This document shows positions 28,380 through 41,452 of a stretch of 64,000 bases of DNA, piece by piece. The stretch spans positions 6,076,001 to 6,140,000 of the forward strand of contig OZ176051.1 in the NCBI GenBank assembly GCA_964247055.1, in the 5' to 3' direction. Numbering within the stretch: position 1 is the first letter of the stretch; each line of letters begins with the position of its first letter. Under the pieces are notes generated by a model, which was given only the letters and a program-made list of their open reading frames with translations, was not told the DNA's origin and did not search any database. Both the position numbers and the translations under genes were made by a program. The stretch is from Paragordius varius. Lineage: Eukaryota; Animalia; Nematomorpha.

Positions 28380-29479
28380 GTAAGTTTCTTAAATTATTAT
28401 TATAGTTGTTTAAATATCATATCATATTAAATGTCTTTAATATTTATTAATTACAGATTCAATACTATTTTTTGCCAATATTTGATAAATTATTTTCACC
28501 GTCTGAAATTATATCATATATAGTCTTAATGTATAATTATCGCATTTTAAAATAGAGGCTAATTTTATAAATTTAACATCATTTCATTTCCATAAGGCTC
28601 TGAAGACTGTCATCCGAAGCTGCTTATTTTCATTTTAAATATAACAAAAATTAAAAAAAAGCTTCTAAGAGAGAATCATGAAAAATTAGAAAATTAAATT
28701 ATTATTATAGACATGCGACAACCATGTGACGATGGGCCATTTTTAAAATTATTTTTTTGCGGGCGGACATTTATATGTTACATTTGAAATACACTATACA
28801 TTGTATACCCACATTTACTAACCATTCCCAAAATTTATTTTAAAATAAACCCTTCGTATATGCGTGCACATTAATTATGATTCGATACAACGTATATCAA
28901 TGTTAATTTTTGTCAAACTTTAATAATAATTTTTTAAGAATTAGGTTTTCTGAATCGATTCCATTATACAAAGCACACAAAATAATATACTAATAAATTA
29001 TATTTGTACATATATAATTTCATTATGTTTTATTTGTAGCTTACGAGTGATTTATGAAAGTTAATTGTGGTGAATGATTATGACCAGACGTCCCGCTTTT
29101 GGCGGGACAGTCGGGCTTTTTTACACTTTGTCCCGCGTCCCGCTACCTTTTTAAAATTTCCCGCTTTTTCACGATATAAAAAAATATTTTAATACAAATA
29201 AATTTTTTTTATTCGTTATTTTTTAACATTAAATATTAATATCTATATAATTTTTAATTTAAAATTTTTTATTTTTAAATTAATATTTATTTTTTTCGAA
29301 TTTATATCATATGATTATACACTTTCCTTCCTACTACTGTCATCATCATAAAAAAGCCAAGTTAATACCACAAATCTCTAGATTAAAAGACAAATTGATA
29401 TCACAAATCAGTACCTTACACGTTTATTCCAGAAAATTAATGTAATATGATATTTATTTTACTAATAGTAGTGTAAAAA

Positions 29480-31290
29480 TATGAGACAAAAAAAGTAATT
29501 TCAACGATGAATAAATGATAGATTTTCCTTTTATCAAAATAACGAAGAATGAATCATCTGTTAAATGTCTTATATGCAAGGGGAAATCACCCTAGCACAT
29601 GGCGGCAAGCATGATATAAAGCTTATGGAAACACAGAAACATAAAAAATGTTTAGATATGGCGGCATCATCTTACAAAATGAGCGATTTTTTTCGAAAAA
29701 CCGCTTTTGGAGAGAAAGAAAAGAATTTGGCACTAGCTGATGGCGTGTTATCTTTTCACGCCGTTAACAATCATTCCTTTAGATCTATGGACTGTACCTC
29801 ACAGGTTATTCGCACGTTTTTGCATAAAAAATTTACATGTGCCCATACAAAGGCTGAAGCCATTGTGTGCAATGTCCTTTCGCCACATGCATTTTCTGAA
29901 ATTCAAAAAGATTTGCTGAAAATTAATTTCTTGTCCCTATACTCTGATGCATCAAATTACCATTAAACAAAATTATTTCCCACTTTAATAAGATATTTTG
30001 ATTCTGAAACCGGAGTAAAAATTAAAATTTTAGATTTAATTTTTCTACCCGATGAAAATTCCGAAATAATATTTTCTTCAATAATGCATATTCTAGAAAA
30101 AAATAATTTTAAAGACAAAATTATCGCATACTGACAACACCCATACGAACTTTGGTGGATAAGCAAGGAGGGGAACAAAAAATATTTTTCATAAATTAAA
30201 AGATAATCTTAATCAAAACATTATTGGCGTTGGGTGTGCAGCGCACATAATACACAACGTTATTCATGATTTGTTAACCCTAGATGTGGAAAATGTAGTT
30301 GTTAAAATATATTCCTATTTTTATATATACACGGTGCGTGTTGAAACGCTTAAACTGTGAAAATGCAGAAGTTCAATATCAAAAAATGCTTGGATATTGT
30401 AAAACTCGTTGGTTAGCTTTTATGCCAGCTATCGAAAGAATTTTAAAATTGTATAATCCTTTAAAATATTTTTTTTTTATCACAGAACAAATGTCCTGCA
30501 ACTTTAAAAAAGTTTTTTGAAAGTGATTCTTCAAAAATATGGTTAGAATTTTTACATAATCAAGCTTCTCTCTTTCAAAATGTTATTAAATTGATAAAAG
30601 GTGACAGAATTTCGGCAATCGAAGTAGCCAATTAAATTAGTAACGTAAATTCCAATGTCAAGAACGGTTAGAAAATAATTATAACATACCATTCGCAATA
30701 CAATAAATAATTTAGAAAAACAAGGCTTGTTAAATCGCCAAGATATCGTGTACCATATAAAAATGTTTTATACAAACTGTAAAGATTATTTGGAAGATTG
30801 GACGACGCAATTAATGAAAGTGATCATTTTCATTGGATAACATTAAAATCAAAATTTAATTAATGGGATGTTCAAAAAATCATTTGATTATCTCTGCTCC
30901 CAAAAATTCTTAAAAAGTAATCCATTAGTTAAAATATATATTAATGAAAAAGTTAAATTATGGACAAAAGAAAATTATACAGTAGAAAAGAAATGGTTGG
31001 AAATATTTCGTCATTTTGAAGTCAACTATATTACATACAATAATATATTTAAAATTGTGGAATTTGCACTATCTTTACCTGGAACCAACGCTGCTACTGA
31101 GCGCGTTTTTGCCACAGTAAATCAGCTAGGGACATCGAAAAAATCAAATTTAAATGTTAAAACTTTAAAGGCCGTTTTATTTGTCAAAAATTTGACTAAT
31201 TCTTGTGAAGACTTCTACAATAATTTAAAAAATGATGACAATCTGCTAAAACGCATTCACTCAAACAAAAAATATACCAAAAAATATTTA
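29480..31290 (+). pseudogene. Disrupted hAT transposase
   Basis: Fragments carry the motifs VKCLICK, YSDASN, LGYCKTRWL and LSLPGTNAATERVF (dimerisation domain). Multiple frameshifts and stops. Confidence 0.85.
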
Positions 31291-31310
31291 CTTATATTTA
31301 TAAAGTCTTT

Positions 31311-33815
31311 GACCCATGTTCGGGTAAGTATTACTTGCATCCTTATGCTTAAATCCTTATGCTTAATTCCTTATGCTTACGTCCTTATGCTTAAATCCTT
31401 ATACTTACGTCCTTATGCTTAAATCCTTATGCTTACATCCTTATGCTTACATTTTTGAATAAAAATCATAAGTCTGCTCCTAGTAGACTTATTAAAATTT
31501 CAAAGTGGCATAACTTTAAAAATATTGTGAATTTTTTAATTCTGTAAATTGGAGGGAGGAAAGTAAAGTATATTTAACAAATAATTTATAGGTTTGGGTA
31601 ATGTTGCTTCAATCTTTTGGCATTAAAAGGAGTTTACACAACCCCTGTTAAAAAATAGAAAATTCCTAAAATATGCATACAAAATCAAAAGTTTTTTAGA
31701 AGAAATAGGGCATTTTATCCAACTATATTTTTTAGATTTATTTGAGTCATGGAAAACGAAATATTTGCATACTTTGTGAAATAAAAAAATCAATCCAGTT
31801 TTTCAAATTCTTTAAATTGGAGGATAAAAATAATGTATATATAATAAATTTTCATAGGTTTTAGAAATTGAAAGATCACATACACATCTTAGTGAACTAA
31901 GCTTCTTGAAAAAATATATCTGGAACATACATGTAACACCCAAAGTTTTTTACAAGATGTGCAATTGATTTAACCATATTTTTTAGATTTCGATGTCATG
32001 GCGATCGAATCGCACTTTTTGCAATTTGAGGATGAAGCTTTGAAGAATCTACTTATTTTATTGGATTTTCATAAAATTTTTACTATTTGATATATAAAAT
32101 TATATATTTATGTTTATTATTAATAAATATATGATATTTTGAATTTACTTTAGTTGCAAGCGTCTAAAAATCATTTTATCCACAGTGCACAAAACCGGAG
32201 GCTATAAAAAATATTATGATCAATAAAATATAAAGTATATTAGGAGTATCATGGTGCTTGGTTTTAGGTCTAACGAATAATATTGAGGTATATCCAATTT
32301 TGTGGTAATTGTTCCTTATCGAAAGGTTGCAAATTAGGCAAACTTTTTTGGAGTCTACGCTTAAAATTCTAAACTTCATTTTGGTTTTCAAATATTATAA
32401 TTAAATGATATTATTAAAGGAAATTAAACTTTGACCAAAAAAGACCCCTAAATATATCCCCAAATTTAAAGCAAAAGCTAATCAAAATTTTGAGTCGATA
32501 GAAATGTTAAACATCAAGAAATTATATATAAAAAGTGTTTTGATATCTTAAAGCACCATAAAATACGAATGGCAAAATAATTAAAAAATCTATTATATTG
32601 TCAAATTCTAATTTATATAAGAAATATTATCGCGCATCGGCTTTTTGAAAAAACTGGCCCATTTTAAAGAAGTCCAAAAAGTTGTATTATAGCCTACGAA
32701 ATTTAAATATTTTTGTTTTCGAATATAGTTCATATCATAATATAATGGTATTTTTAAAGGGAAGCATTTAGCTTTCACCAAAAAAATTTATAAATTTATT
32801 TAATTTGCAACCTTTCGATAAGGAACAATTACCACAAAATTGGATATAACTCTAAATTATTCGTTAGACCTAAAACCACGCACCATGATACTCCTAATAT
32901 ACTTTATATTTTATTGTTCATAATATTTTTTATAGCCTCCGGTTTTGTGCACTGTGGATAAAATGATTTTTAGACGCTTGCAACTAAAGTAAATTCAAAA
33001 TATCATATATTTATTAATAATAAACAAAAATATATAATTTTATATAACAAATAGTAAAAATTTTATGAAAATCCATTAAAATAAGTAGATTCTTCAAAGC
33101 TTCCTCAAAATGCAAAAAGTGCGATTCGATCGCCATGACATCGAAATCTAAAAAACATGGTTAAATCAATTGCACATCTTGTAAAAATTGGGTGTTACAT
33201 GTATGTTCCAGATATTTTTTCAAGAAGCTTAGTTCACTAAGATGTGTATGTGATCTTTCAATTTCTAAAACCTATGAAAATTTGTTAATACATCATTTTT
33301 ATCCTCCAATTTAAAGAATTTGAAAAACTGGATAGATTTTTTTATATCACAAAGTATGCAAATATTTCGTTTTCCATGACTCAAATAAATCTAAAAAATA
33401 TAGTTGGATAAAATGCATACCTATTTCTTCTAAAAATTTTTTGATTTTGTATGCATATTTTAGGAATTTTCTATTTTTTACCAGGGGTTGTGTAAACCCC
33501 TTTTAATGCCAAAAGATTGAAGCAACATTACCCAAACCTATAAATTATTTGTTAAATATACTTTACTTTCCCTCCTCCAATTTACAGAATTAAAAAATTC
33601 ACAATATTTTTAAAGTTATGCCACTTTGAAATTTTAATAAGTCTACTAGGAGCAGACTTATGATGAATGTATTATTTTTGTTCAAAAATACAAGCATAAG
33701 GACGTAAGTATAAGGATTTAACCATAAGGACGTAAGCATAAGGAATTAAGCATAAGGATTTAAGCATAAGGAGTTAAGCATAAGGACGCAAGTAATACTT
33801 ACCCGAACATGGGTC
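31311..33815. repeat. Long inverted repeat / foldback: arms 31311-32336 and 32801-33815, spacer 464 bp
   Basis: The arms are near-exact reverse complements (about 95% or more by eye). The outer ends carry a 14-bp tandem repeat CCTTATGCTTA(A/C)NT, with 8 units on the left (31341-31452) and 7 on the right. Confidence 0.92.
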
Positions 33816-33849
33816 TTTATGTTAAAAAATAAACAAAATTACTTAAAAT

Positions 33850-34560
33850 ATTGTGTAAGTCTTCATAGCTTGTCAAATTATATTTGAACACATAAAATAA
33901 CTTTTATTCAACATTTAAATTTGTTTCCGTGTCCTTACTTAATTTACTGTGGAAAAAGGCGTTCAATAGCAGTGGTTCAGGTAAAGATAATTCAAATTCT
34001 ACAATTAAAATATTATTGTATGGAACATAATTTGTTTAAAAATGATTATTTTAACCATTTCTATCCTACGTATTTTTTCTGTTGTCCGTAATATAAGTTT
34101 TTATTCAATAGATTTATTTAATAATGAAACTTCATAAAAAAGTGTCATTGTGCATCGTCTTGTCTTCCAAATAATCGTTTCTGTTTGTATAAAACATTTT
34201 TATATTATGGCTATTCATTGAGCCTTGTTTTTCTGGATGCTTTATAATATTGCGATTAGGAAATGGTATAAATTTATTTTCTAACCTTTTTTGACTTGAA
34301 ATTTTGACCTTTGTCCTGTGATAAAAAATAGGATTCTAGGAGATCACATTTTTAATTTCAATCGCTGGCAAAAGAAGTAACCAACAGTTCGACAATATCC
34401 AAGCATTTTAACATCTAAATATTCCCCATGGGGTAACAAATCAGTAGCTGTTTGAATAGCGTTGTGTATCTGCCAATAATGTTTTGATTATGATTATTCG
34501 CTAAGTTTAAAATATTTTTTGTGCCACTTCTTGCATCATCGAGCGCACTTTGTGATGATT
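33850..34560 (-). pseudogene. Second, more decayed hAT transposase C-terminal fragment in inverted orientation
   Basis: The reverse complement aligns to 30200-31220 (e.g. AAAATGCTTGGATATTGT and CTATCTTTACCTG/TTATCTTTACCTG anchors). Roughly 70% identity with deletions. Confidence 0.8.
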
Positions 34561-35035
34561 TCGTCTTTATTATTTTACAATCACTTCCCCCTTTGTTCGT
34601 GCACATGTAAATTTATTAAATAAGGTACAAACAACCTGTAAGGTACAAATTTTTTTATATTTATAATGTATTTGTGTTAAAAATAAATATATTACAATAA
34701 ATTTTTTGTATAAAAATTTTTGGTTGTAGACCCCAATACCCCCCCCCCCCCCCTGTCCCGTTTTTTCTTTAAAAAATCTGGTCACCTTATGAATGATCGA
34801 TCTAATAAAATTGGTAGTGCACATTATACCAATTAAATTTTTTTTATCGAAATCTATATACTTCACCAAAAAATATCATCATATATAATTATATTTCATA
34901 GAGAAAAAAAACAATATTTATATAAAAAATAGAAGTAGGCCATGAATTTTGCAAATTTTTGGACCCTTTTAAAATGTGTTTATTTTCTTAAATAACAATA
35001 CGCCCGAAATCGGGGGGTATAAAATAATATATATA

Positions 35036-36600
35036 TATTATTACATTACATGTTTTCACTAGGAGCGGTCATGTTATACAACCTGTCTCGCCATAGAACT
35101 CTATCTATGGCGTTTCTGCACTAAGCTCTTCTGCTAGCTCTCTTTTTACACTATCTATCCATTTCGTTTAGGGCCACCCAGGTCCTCGTTTTCCCTCTAT
35201 ATGAATATCTATCATTTTTGCGAAACAGAATCTGTCCTTTCAATGTGCCCGAACGTAGCCTATTTTTCGACATTCTTTCCACTATTGGTTTAACATCTGT
35301 GCTCCCACGAATAAATCTATTCCCAATTTTGTCCTCTCCTGTTACCCCACACATCATTCTAAGCATTTTCATTACAGTCACGTTAAAATGTCGTTCTTCG
35401 GATTTTTTGACACCTCACGTCTCTGAATTATTCATCATTGTGGGTTGAACAACTGAATTGTATATCTTAACTTTCACTCTAACATCAATATTTCGATCAT
35501 ACAACACGGTTGACATTTTCTTACAATTTACCCAACTGCTCTTTATTCTTAGATTAATATCATCGTTCAACAATCCGCCTGAACTTAACATAGCCCCAAA
35601 ATATTTGTAACTTTCTTTACCCTTCAGAACCCAACTATCATCAACTTCCATTTCATGTTATGGACCCCCGAAAGTGATAAGTTCGGTTTTTGTTTTGTTT
35701 ACTTTTAACCGTATTGTTGCAGTATAATAACCCATCTGTTCACCGTTAGCTTTAACTCAGCCAATGAATTAGACAAGATGATTATGTCATTTGCATACAT
35801 TAAGTTCCAACCTAACCTTACGTTAAAGACCTTAGCTATCTCGTCCATCCAAATTATAAACAATAGGGGCTGAGTGATGAGCCCTGGTAGACTCCATGCT
35901 TTATTAAAAAGTGCTCTGATAAACCTTGTGAAGTTTTAATCCTTGAGGTGTGGGATTCGTACATTATTTATAATAACCTAATATAACTTTCTGGCACCTT
36001 TTTACGACGGAGACTCCACCAAATAATATCTCTAAGAATCCTGTCAATTGCCTTCCTCATGTCAATTAAAACCCCGTTTTATTCTTTCTTATTTGCAATG
36101 TATTTTTCAATCAACCTCCTAACCGCATGTATAGGGTCTATTGTTGGCTTTCCTGGCATGAAACCAAGTTGATTTCCTTCTATAGATATCATTTTCCTGA
36201 TTCGTTTTTCCATTATTTTTTCAAACAATTCATAATATGGGACATTAGTTTTATCCCTCTATAGTTACCATTCATTTATATCACCTTCTCCTTTAAACAA
36301 AGGCAAAGTTAAACTTTCCTTCCATTCAACTGGTATTTCATAAGTTGAAACAATTTAATTAAAAACACGCTCCATGAAATTTAATCTAGCGTTTCCAATC
36401 ACTTTCCAACAATGTATTCTCGTCCGATCCAACAGCCTTGTTGTTTGGCCTTTTTTAACAAATTGGATTCTACCTTTTTTCTGTAATTGCTTGTATTGGT
36501 CTATCAGTAGCTTCAACTGTGTTTGGCAAAAATTTGTCTACCCCTTCATCCAAACTCACGAAATACTCTTTCCATCTTTTTAATATTTCGACATTTTCGC
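35036..36600 (-). mobile_element. 5'-truncated RTE-clade LINE (decayed reverse transcriptase)
   Basis: Motifs QLGFMPGKPTID, GVYQGSSLSP, LMYAND, YKYFG and KMLRMMCGVT. 3' tail ATGTAATGTAAT. Confidence 0.9.
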
Positions 36601-36636
36601 ACAAGTTTCCACATATATAATATTCTAATAGGAAAA

Positions 36637-37776
36637 CACTAGTCGACAAATTTAGACATTTTTGAGCACCACCACTCGAACTTTTTAAATTATGACTAAT
36701 TTCAGTGTTTTAAAACCGAATTTGAAAAATATTTTGATCCCGCCAATCAGAATTTTGAAATTTTATAGGTTTTTCAATCTTTCAAAAACAAGAGAAAATC
36801 GAGAGAAAATTAAATATAGCTTTATAATAAAATGTTATTATATTATAAACTTAATATCATTTAATAAAGCGTTTTAAACTCTTTCTTTTGAATATAAATA
36901 TGTCATTTAAATATCAGAGAGAAAAAAATAGTACGGACTTAAACGTCAAAATTTAGTCTTTTTCTTTCAGGTGAATTTTTAATACGTATAAAAAATTTTT
37001 AAAAAAATACTAAAAAAGGCATTCTATGGTTTTAACCTTCGGCTTTCAAATAGGCTATAATATTTTGTTAGTTTCCGTTCTTTTGAGTACTTATTAGACT
37101 TCTTCTCTCGAGTTGGTTCTTATAAAAAATCCTTTATTTATACCTAGTGGATATACCTTATTTTTTAAAAATTATTGGTTGTTTTGTATTTTGAATTTCA
37201 GATGGATGTTGTGTAGCCACTTTTAGTAGAATTTACTGTTATGGGATTGGACCATTTGTATTTACCTAATTAATATTCAATTTAATTGTAGAATTTATCT
37301 AACTCTATTCTGTAAATTGGTTAATTTGACATTTCAATTTGCCTGGATTTTGCTTGCAAGTCTCTCTTATCGAATTTTACGATTACTTATTGTTATCCTT
37401 GCCACATCTGGCATAATTATAGGATCGCTTGGGGGATATGCAGAGCTTGTGCAGCCGCCCGGATCTATCACACTATACATAAGCCCCTTTTAGATTTTTA
37501 TACTTTGGCTCTTAGCTTGTTTAGTATCTTATTTAATGCCTAGAATTTTGTTATTCATGCATGGAATATTACTTGTATCGACTTGTTCGTTTGAATATTC
37601 AAACATATGTACCGAGGAATGATTGTTATTTTTAAATTAAATACAAATATAAAAATTAAATTTCGGAAAAATCCTATTGGTGGCCTCAATATTCTTTTTT
37701 GTTTTGACCTTACCATGCCATTAGGTATCAGAAAATGCAAAAATAATGGAGTGGTGCAAAACCTTGTTGAGCAGTG
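36637..37776. mobile_element. Non-autonomous CMC/Chapaev3-like DNA element, copy 2
   Basis: Same termini, flanks AAA/AAA. Carries two short segments near 37416-37467 that copy 1 lacks. Confidence 0.75.
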
Positions 37777-37794
37777 AAATGTATCAAAATTATT

Positions 37795-38958
37795 GTGCTT
37801 TTGGTTTTGGCCCTTATGATAATTTAAGAAAGTTATTACACTCTTGTTTTTAGTTCTCCAAATCAAAAAACACAATTTACGCAACTTTTTTCAGTAAAAT
37901 CGTAAAAACCCGTATCGCACAATAATAACATTTTAGGCAAAAATGTTGATATCAATTAAAATTAATTTTAAAAATGCCATACCCTTTTCAAAATTTAATT
38001 TTTATTAAATATTGTAGCATACGTCATACTATTTTGAGTCATGATGGAAAGCGCTTTAAAAACATCTTTTCCATATAATTTGATGAAGCTAAACACTTTT
38101 ATGGCCTCATGATTATTCATTCGTCGTCAAATATAAAATTTTGAAGCGATAAAATGTTTAGCATCCTCGAATTATTTGGCAAAACTTTTAAAATGTTCTA
38201 AAGCGGTTTTATATCCTTTGCATCATTCTTAAACAGTATGAAGTACGTTTTAAACAAAATTTGTTAAAAAATAAATTTTAAATAAATGCATTATAGAAAT
38301 TTTATTTGATATTAAAATTTAGCCTATATTTAACCCTTTTGTCGCGCAATATCAACATTTTTGTTTTTGTTAAAAAAAATCCACTTTGCAGCCAAATTTA
38401 AAATTATAATTTTTTAAATTTTTGTACTTTATGTAGTTAGTGATATTTTTGAAAAAATTGAAAAAATGTGCGCAAATTTTCCCATTTTTTAGATGGACCT
38501 TACTATAAAAGTGTAAATTACTTTCTTTAATTTCTCGTAACGATCACAACACACTATGATAATCCTGATCCATTTTTTTATCAGAATATATATTTCATCA
38601 GGTTATTTTTTGTGAAACAAATAGTAGATAAAAGGCTACTTTTATTTAAAATTTTAAATTTGGCGCTTGAAGCGTTTTTCCTGGTTTGAACCATGGTGTA
38701 ATCTGTTATTCTATATAATTCAATGATGCTGAACATTTCTATCACTTTAAAATTTGGTTAAAAGGTTAGTTATTATAAAATCTGTTTTTTACAAATTATG
38801 ATTTAATATTATAATTTTTGAAATGAAGCATTAAACTTTTATCAAAAAACAATTTATTTGATTTACTGTGGGCTAACCTTGAGCCTTTTCGAAATAAAGC
38901 AATCATAGAAGCGATAAATAACTATTTTTCAGATCACTAGGCCCAAAACCAAAAGCCC
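37795..38958. mobile_element. MITE-like relative of 1436-1993 and of the element Y core
   Basis: GTGCTTTTGGTTTTGG and GCCCAAAACCAAAAGCCC inverted ends. 38215-38620 resembles 26115-26560. Confidence 0.45.
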
Positions 38959-40149
38959 GATGCTAATACTGATACATTTTTCCATTAAAATATATAAAAT
39001 CACAGGACATTTATTATAGCACCCGATTTTGTGTGCCGTGTTATTGTATTTTGCTTTTAGTGTGTATTGGTGACTCAAATTCAACAAATACATTCAAAGG
39101 TTCTTTGTAAATTAATAATATAACTACTTTTGATAATTCCTAGTTTATAATTTGCCTAGATAAAAAATATATCCGACTGTTACCGAATATATACAGTCCC
39201 ATACGCTTTTCAGATTAATGGATTCTAAGCTTTTGTAAAAAACGTTAATAGTAGCTAGAACGATTTTAAAAAAGTATAAATAGGTAATAAATTTTGCGAC
39301 CATTTTACAAAATAGTTTAGAAGCCTGAATTTAAGGTGCAATGTAGAAAATGAAGATTAATTACAAATCCGTGATGTTTTTTATGGGCAAACCTATTTTT
39401 TTAAACTCTCATTTTCAGACTGAGGAACTTAACTCAGGGGCTAATACAAAATTATATATTTTTATTAATATAAACCATTTGCACTTCAGGACTGTCCATG
39501 GTTGGACATTAAACATTTCATGATGTCCTTAAACACCGTATTATTTTTATTATTCAAACTTTTGAATCAATCAAAATCTTCTCTTTTTTAAGCCGTATAA
39601 TTTTATTTATTTTTTCAAAATATTTTATTGTTAATATTTTACGCGTAATTAAATAAGTCTGGGGTTGCCATTTTTCATAATAATTGTAATATATTAATAA
39701 TTTTGTAAAATTATAAAAAATTTGGTTCAAAGTATAAATGTTTTTAAAAATGAAAAATTTTGTATAATAAAATATTGATAAATATATTAGGGTTAAAAAA
39801 TAAAAATAATAGATGAATATATACATATGTTACTGTTAGCATTCTCAAAAAATTTATGGATCAATTTGAAGTGTTTACGGACTCTCTCCAAATAGGACCA
39901 AAATATTTGAAATCAATGATGATGAGTTATAGCCCGAAAGTACATAAATATTTTTGGGGTGAATTTGAATTGTTCGAGGGTTTAATGTTTAAATATTAAT
40001 CTTTTTGGTAATTGAAACACTAAATTTCTACAAAGGTACAGATTATGCACCTATTATATAACTTTCAATCAAATATTCTTATAAGACCAAAATTTATTTT
40101 TTTATTCATTCTACTATTTTAAATCTAAAGAAATATATTTTTTGAAAAG

Positions 40150-40335
40150 GTTTCATTCTATATCGACATCGTAACAACGTGTAAATCCAGTTGGTTGTTG
40201 TGCCAAAATCGATTCGATAATAATAATTACGATAACACCTTCTTATTAATGAATGTTAGAAATTTTACAGATTATAACTGTACGAATACCGAAATGCATC
40301 TGCACGAGCGTTATAGTTCAAATCGGCCAGATTTT
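40150..40335 (+). CDS. Secreted protein copy A, exon 3
   Basis: AAG| acceptor, 62 codons, TTT|GTAAGA donor. Against the paralog at 62543-62728 there are 5 synonymous and 5 nonsynonymous differences and no indels, while the flanks are much more diverged. Confidence 0.82.
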
Positions 40336-40574
40336 GTAAGACTTTATTTATTCCATGAACATGTTAATAAAATTTGAGAAAATTTTTTCTTTACTAACAT
40401 ATATATTTATATATAATAAAGGGTGAGTTTGTTTTAAACAGTTTTTACCATTATTCTGTAAAAGTATTTAGCTTAATTCTTAAAATTGGATACTGGAACA
40501 TAAAATTTGTAATAATATACAGTTTAGTTCTTTTTTTATTTAAGGGTAAGGATTTAAATTATATCCGGACTTTT

Positions 40575-40684
40575 GAAAGCTTTAACACTCGCTTGCCCGG
40601 TTGACAGTGATGATGAATGTGCGTAGTTTCGGAATTCGAACTGGCATGTAGTGTAGGAGTCAGCACCCTACCTACTATACCCGC
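40575..40684 (-). mobile_element. Possible tRNA-derived SINE fragment
   Basis: The minus strand has a B-box-like GTTCGAATTCC and an upstream degenerate A box. It is GC-richer than its flanks and absent from copy B. Confidence 0.35.
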
Positions 40685-41452
40685 TTCTTTTAAAAGATTG
40701 TAATCATGGTCACGATACCAATGCAAAGCGTGATACATCTAGTAGCTCTCACGGTTAAGAAGTTAATCACTAAAAATTAAAGAATCAAATAAAATATAAA
40801 TAAATTTAGTGAAAAAGCATGGTTAATTCATTTTGTTTAGTTTTTTTAAAGAATATATTTTTTGATATTATTAATGATCATTTATAGTTAGGAATGGCTG
40901 CAAACATAATAAGAGGTCACATGGCTTATGCTTTTTTGACCGGTTAATCCATCCATATTTGTATCACATTTTTTTAAGTAAATGGGAAAATCTTTTTAAA
41001 AGTCTCTAGGTTTATCCAGGATGCAACTCATTACATAAAACCTTAAATGATTTTCAAAAATACTGGCATATGCCCACAATATACTGATTTAGTTAGGTTA
41101 AAATTTTGACACAGCACTAGTATTATTAGGCCTTAAATTGTTTTATCTTAAAAGATTTTTCGTTAAAAAGATTTGGCGTGGAAATTCTGAGATTGTTAAT
41201 GATATAGCGATGCTGAAGCACGTTTTGAAAGACCTATATGTAAGACGTATCATTAAAAACATCAAAAAATATTTTCATCAAAGTGAAAATATCGAAATTC
41301 AACCATATTGATAAAACTTATATCGTTTTTGTTGGTGTTTTTGATTGTTTTTAATAAACTCGTGCACACAGGGAAGAATCATATACCTATTTTATTTTTT
41401 CTGTTCACCAAATATAATTGTGATATAATATGGAAAATATGAGGATATATAA

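Larger units (their letters stand above)
29079..34789 (+). mobile_element. Composite hAT (Blackjack-like) element with internal palindrome
   Basis: Perfect 8-bp TSD TGAATGAT (29071-29078 and 34790-34797). Termini TATGACCAGACGTCCCG... and ...TGTCCCG...ATCTGGTCACCTTA match the TAGGGTGACCA-type TIRs of Blackjack hATs. Confidence 0.88.

Noticed and set aside
31341-31452. CRISPR-like array
   Set aside because: The 14-bp units are contiguous with no unique spacers, there are no cas genes, and the context is eukaryotic.
40604-40700. Box C/D snoRNA (GTGATGA box C)
   Set aside because: There is no downstream CTGA box D or terminal stem. A SINE fragment fits better.
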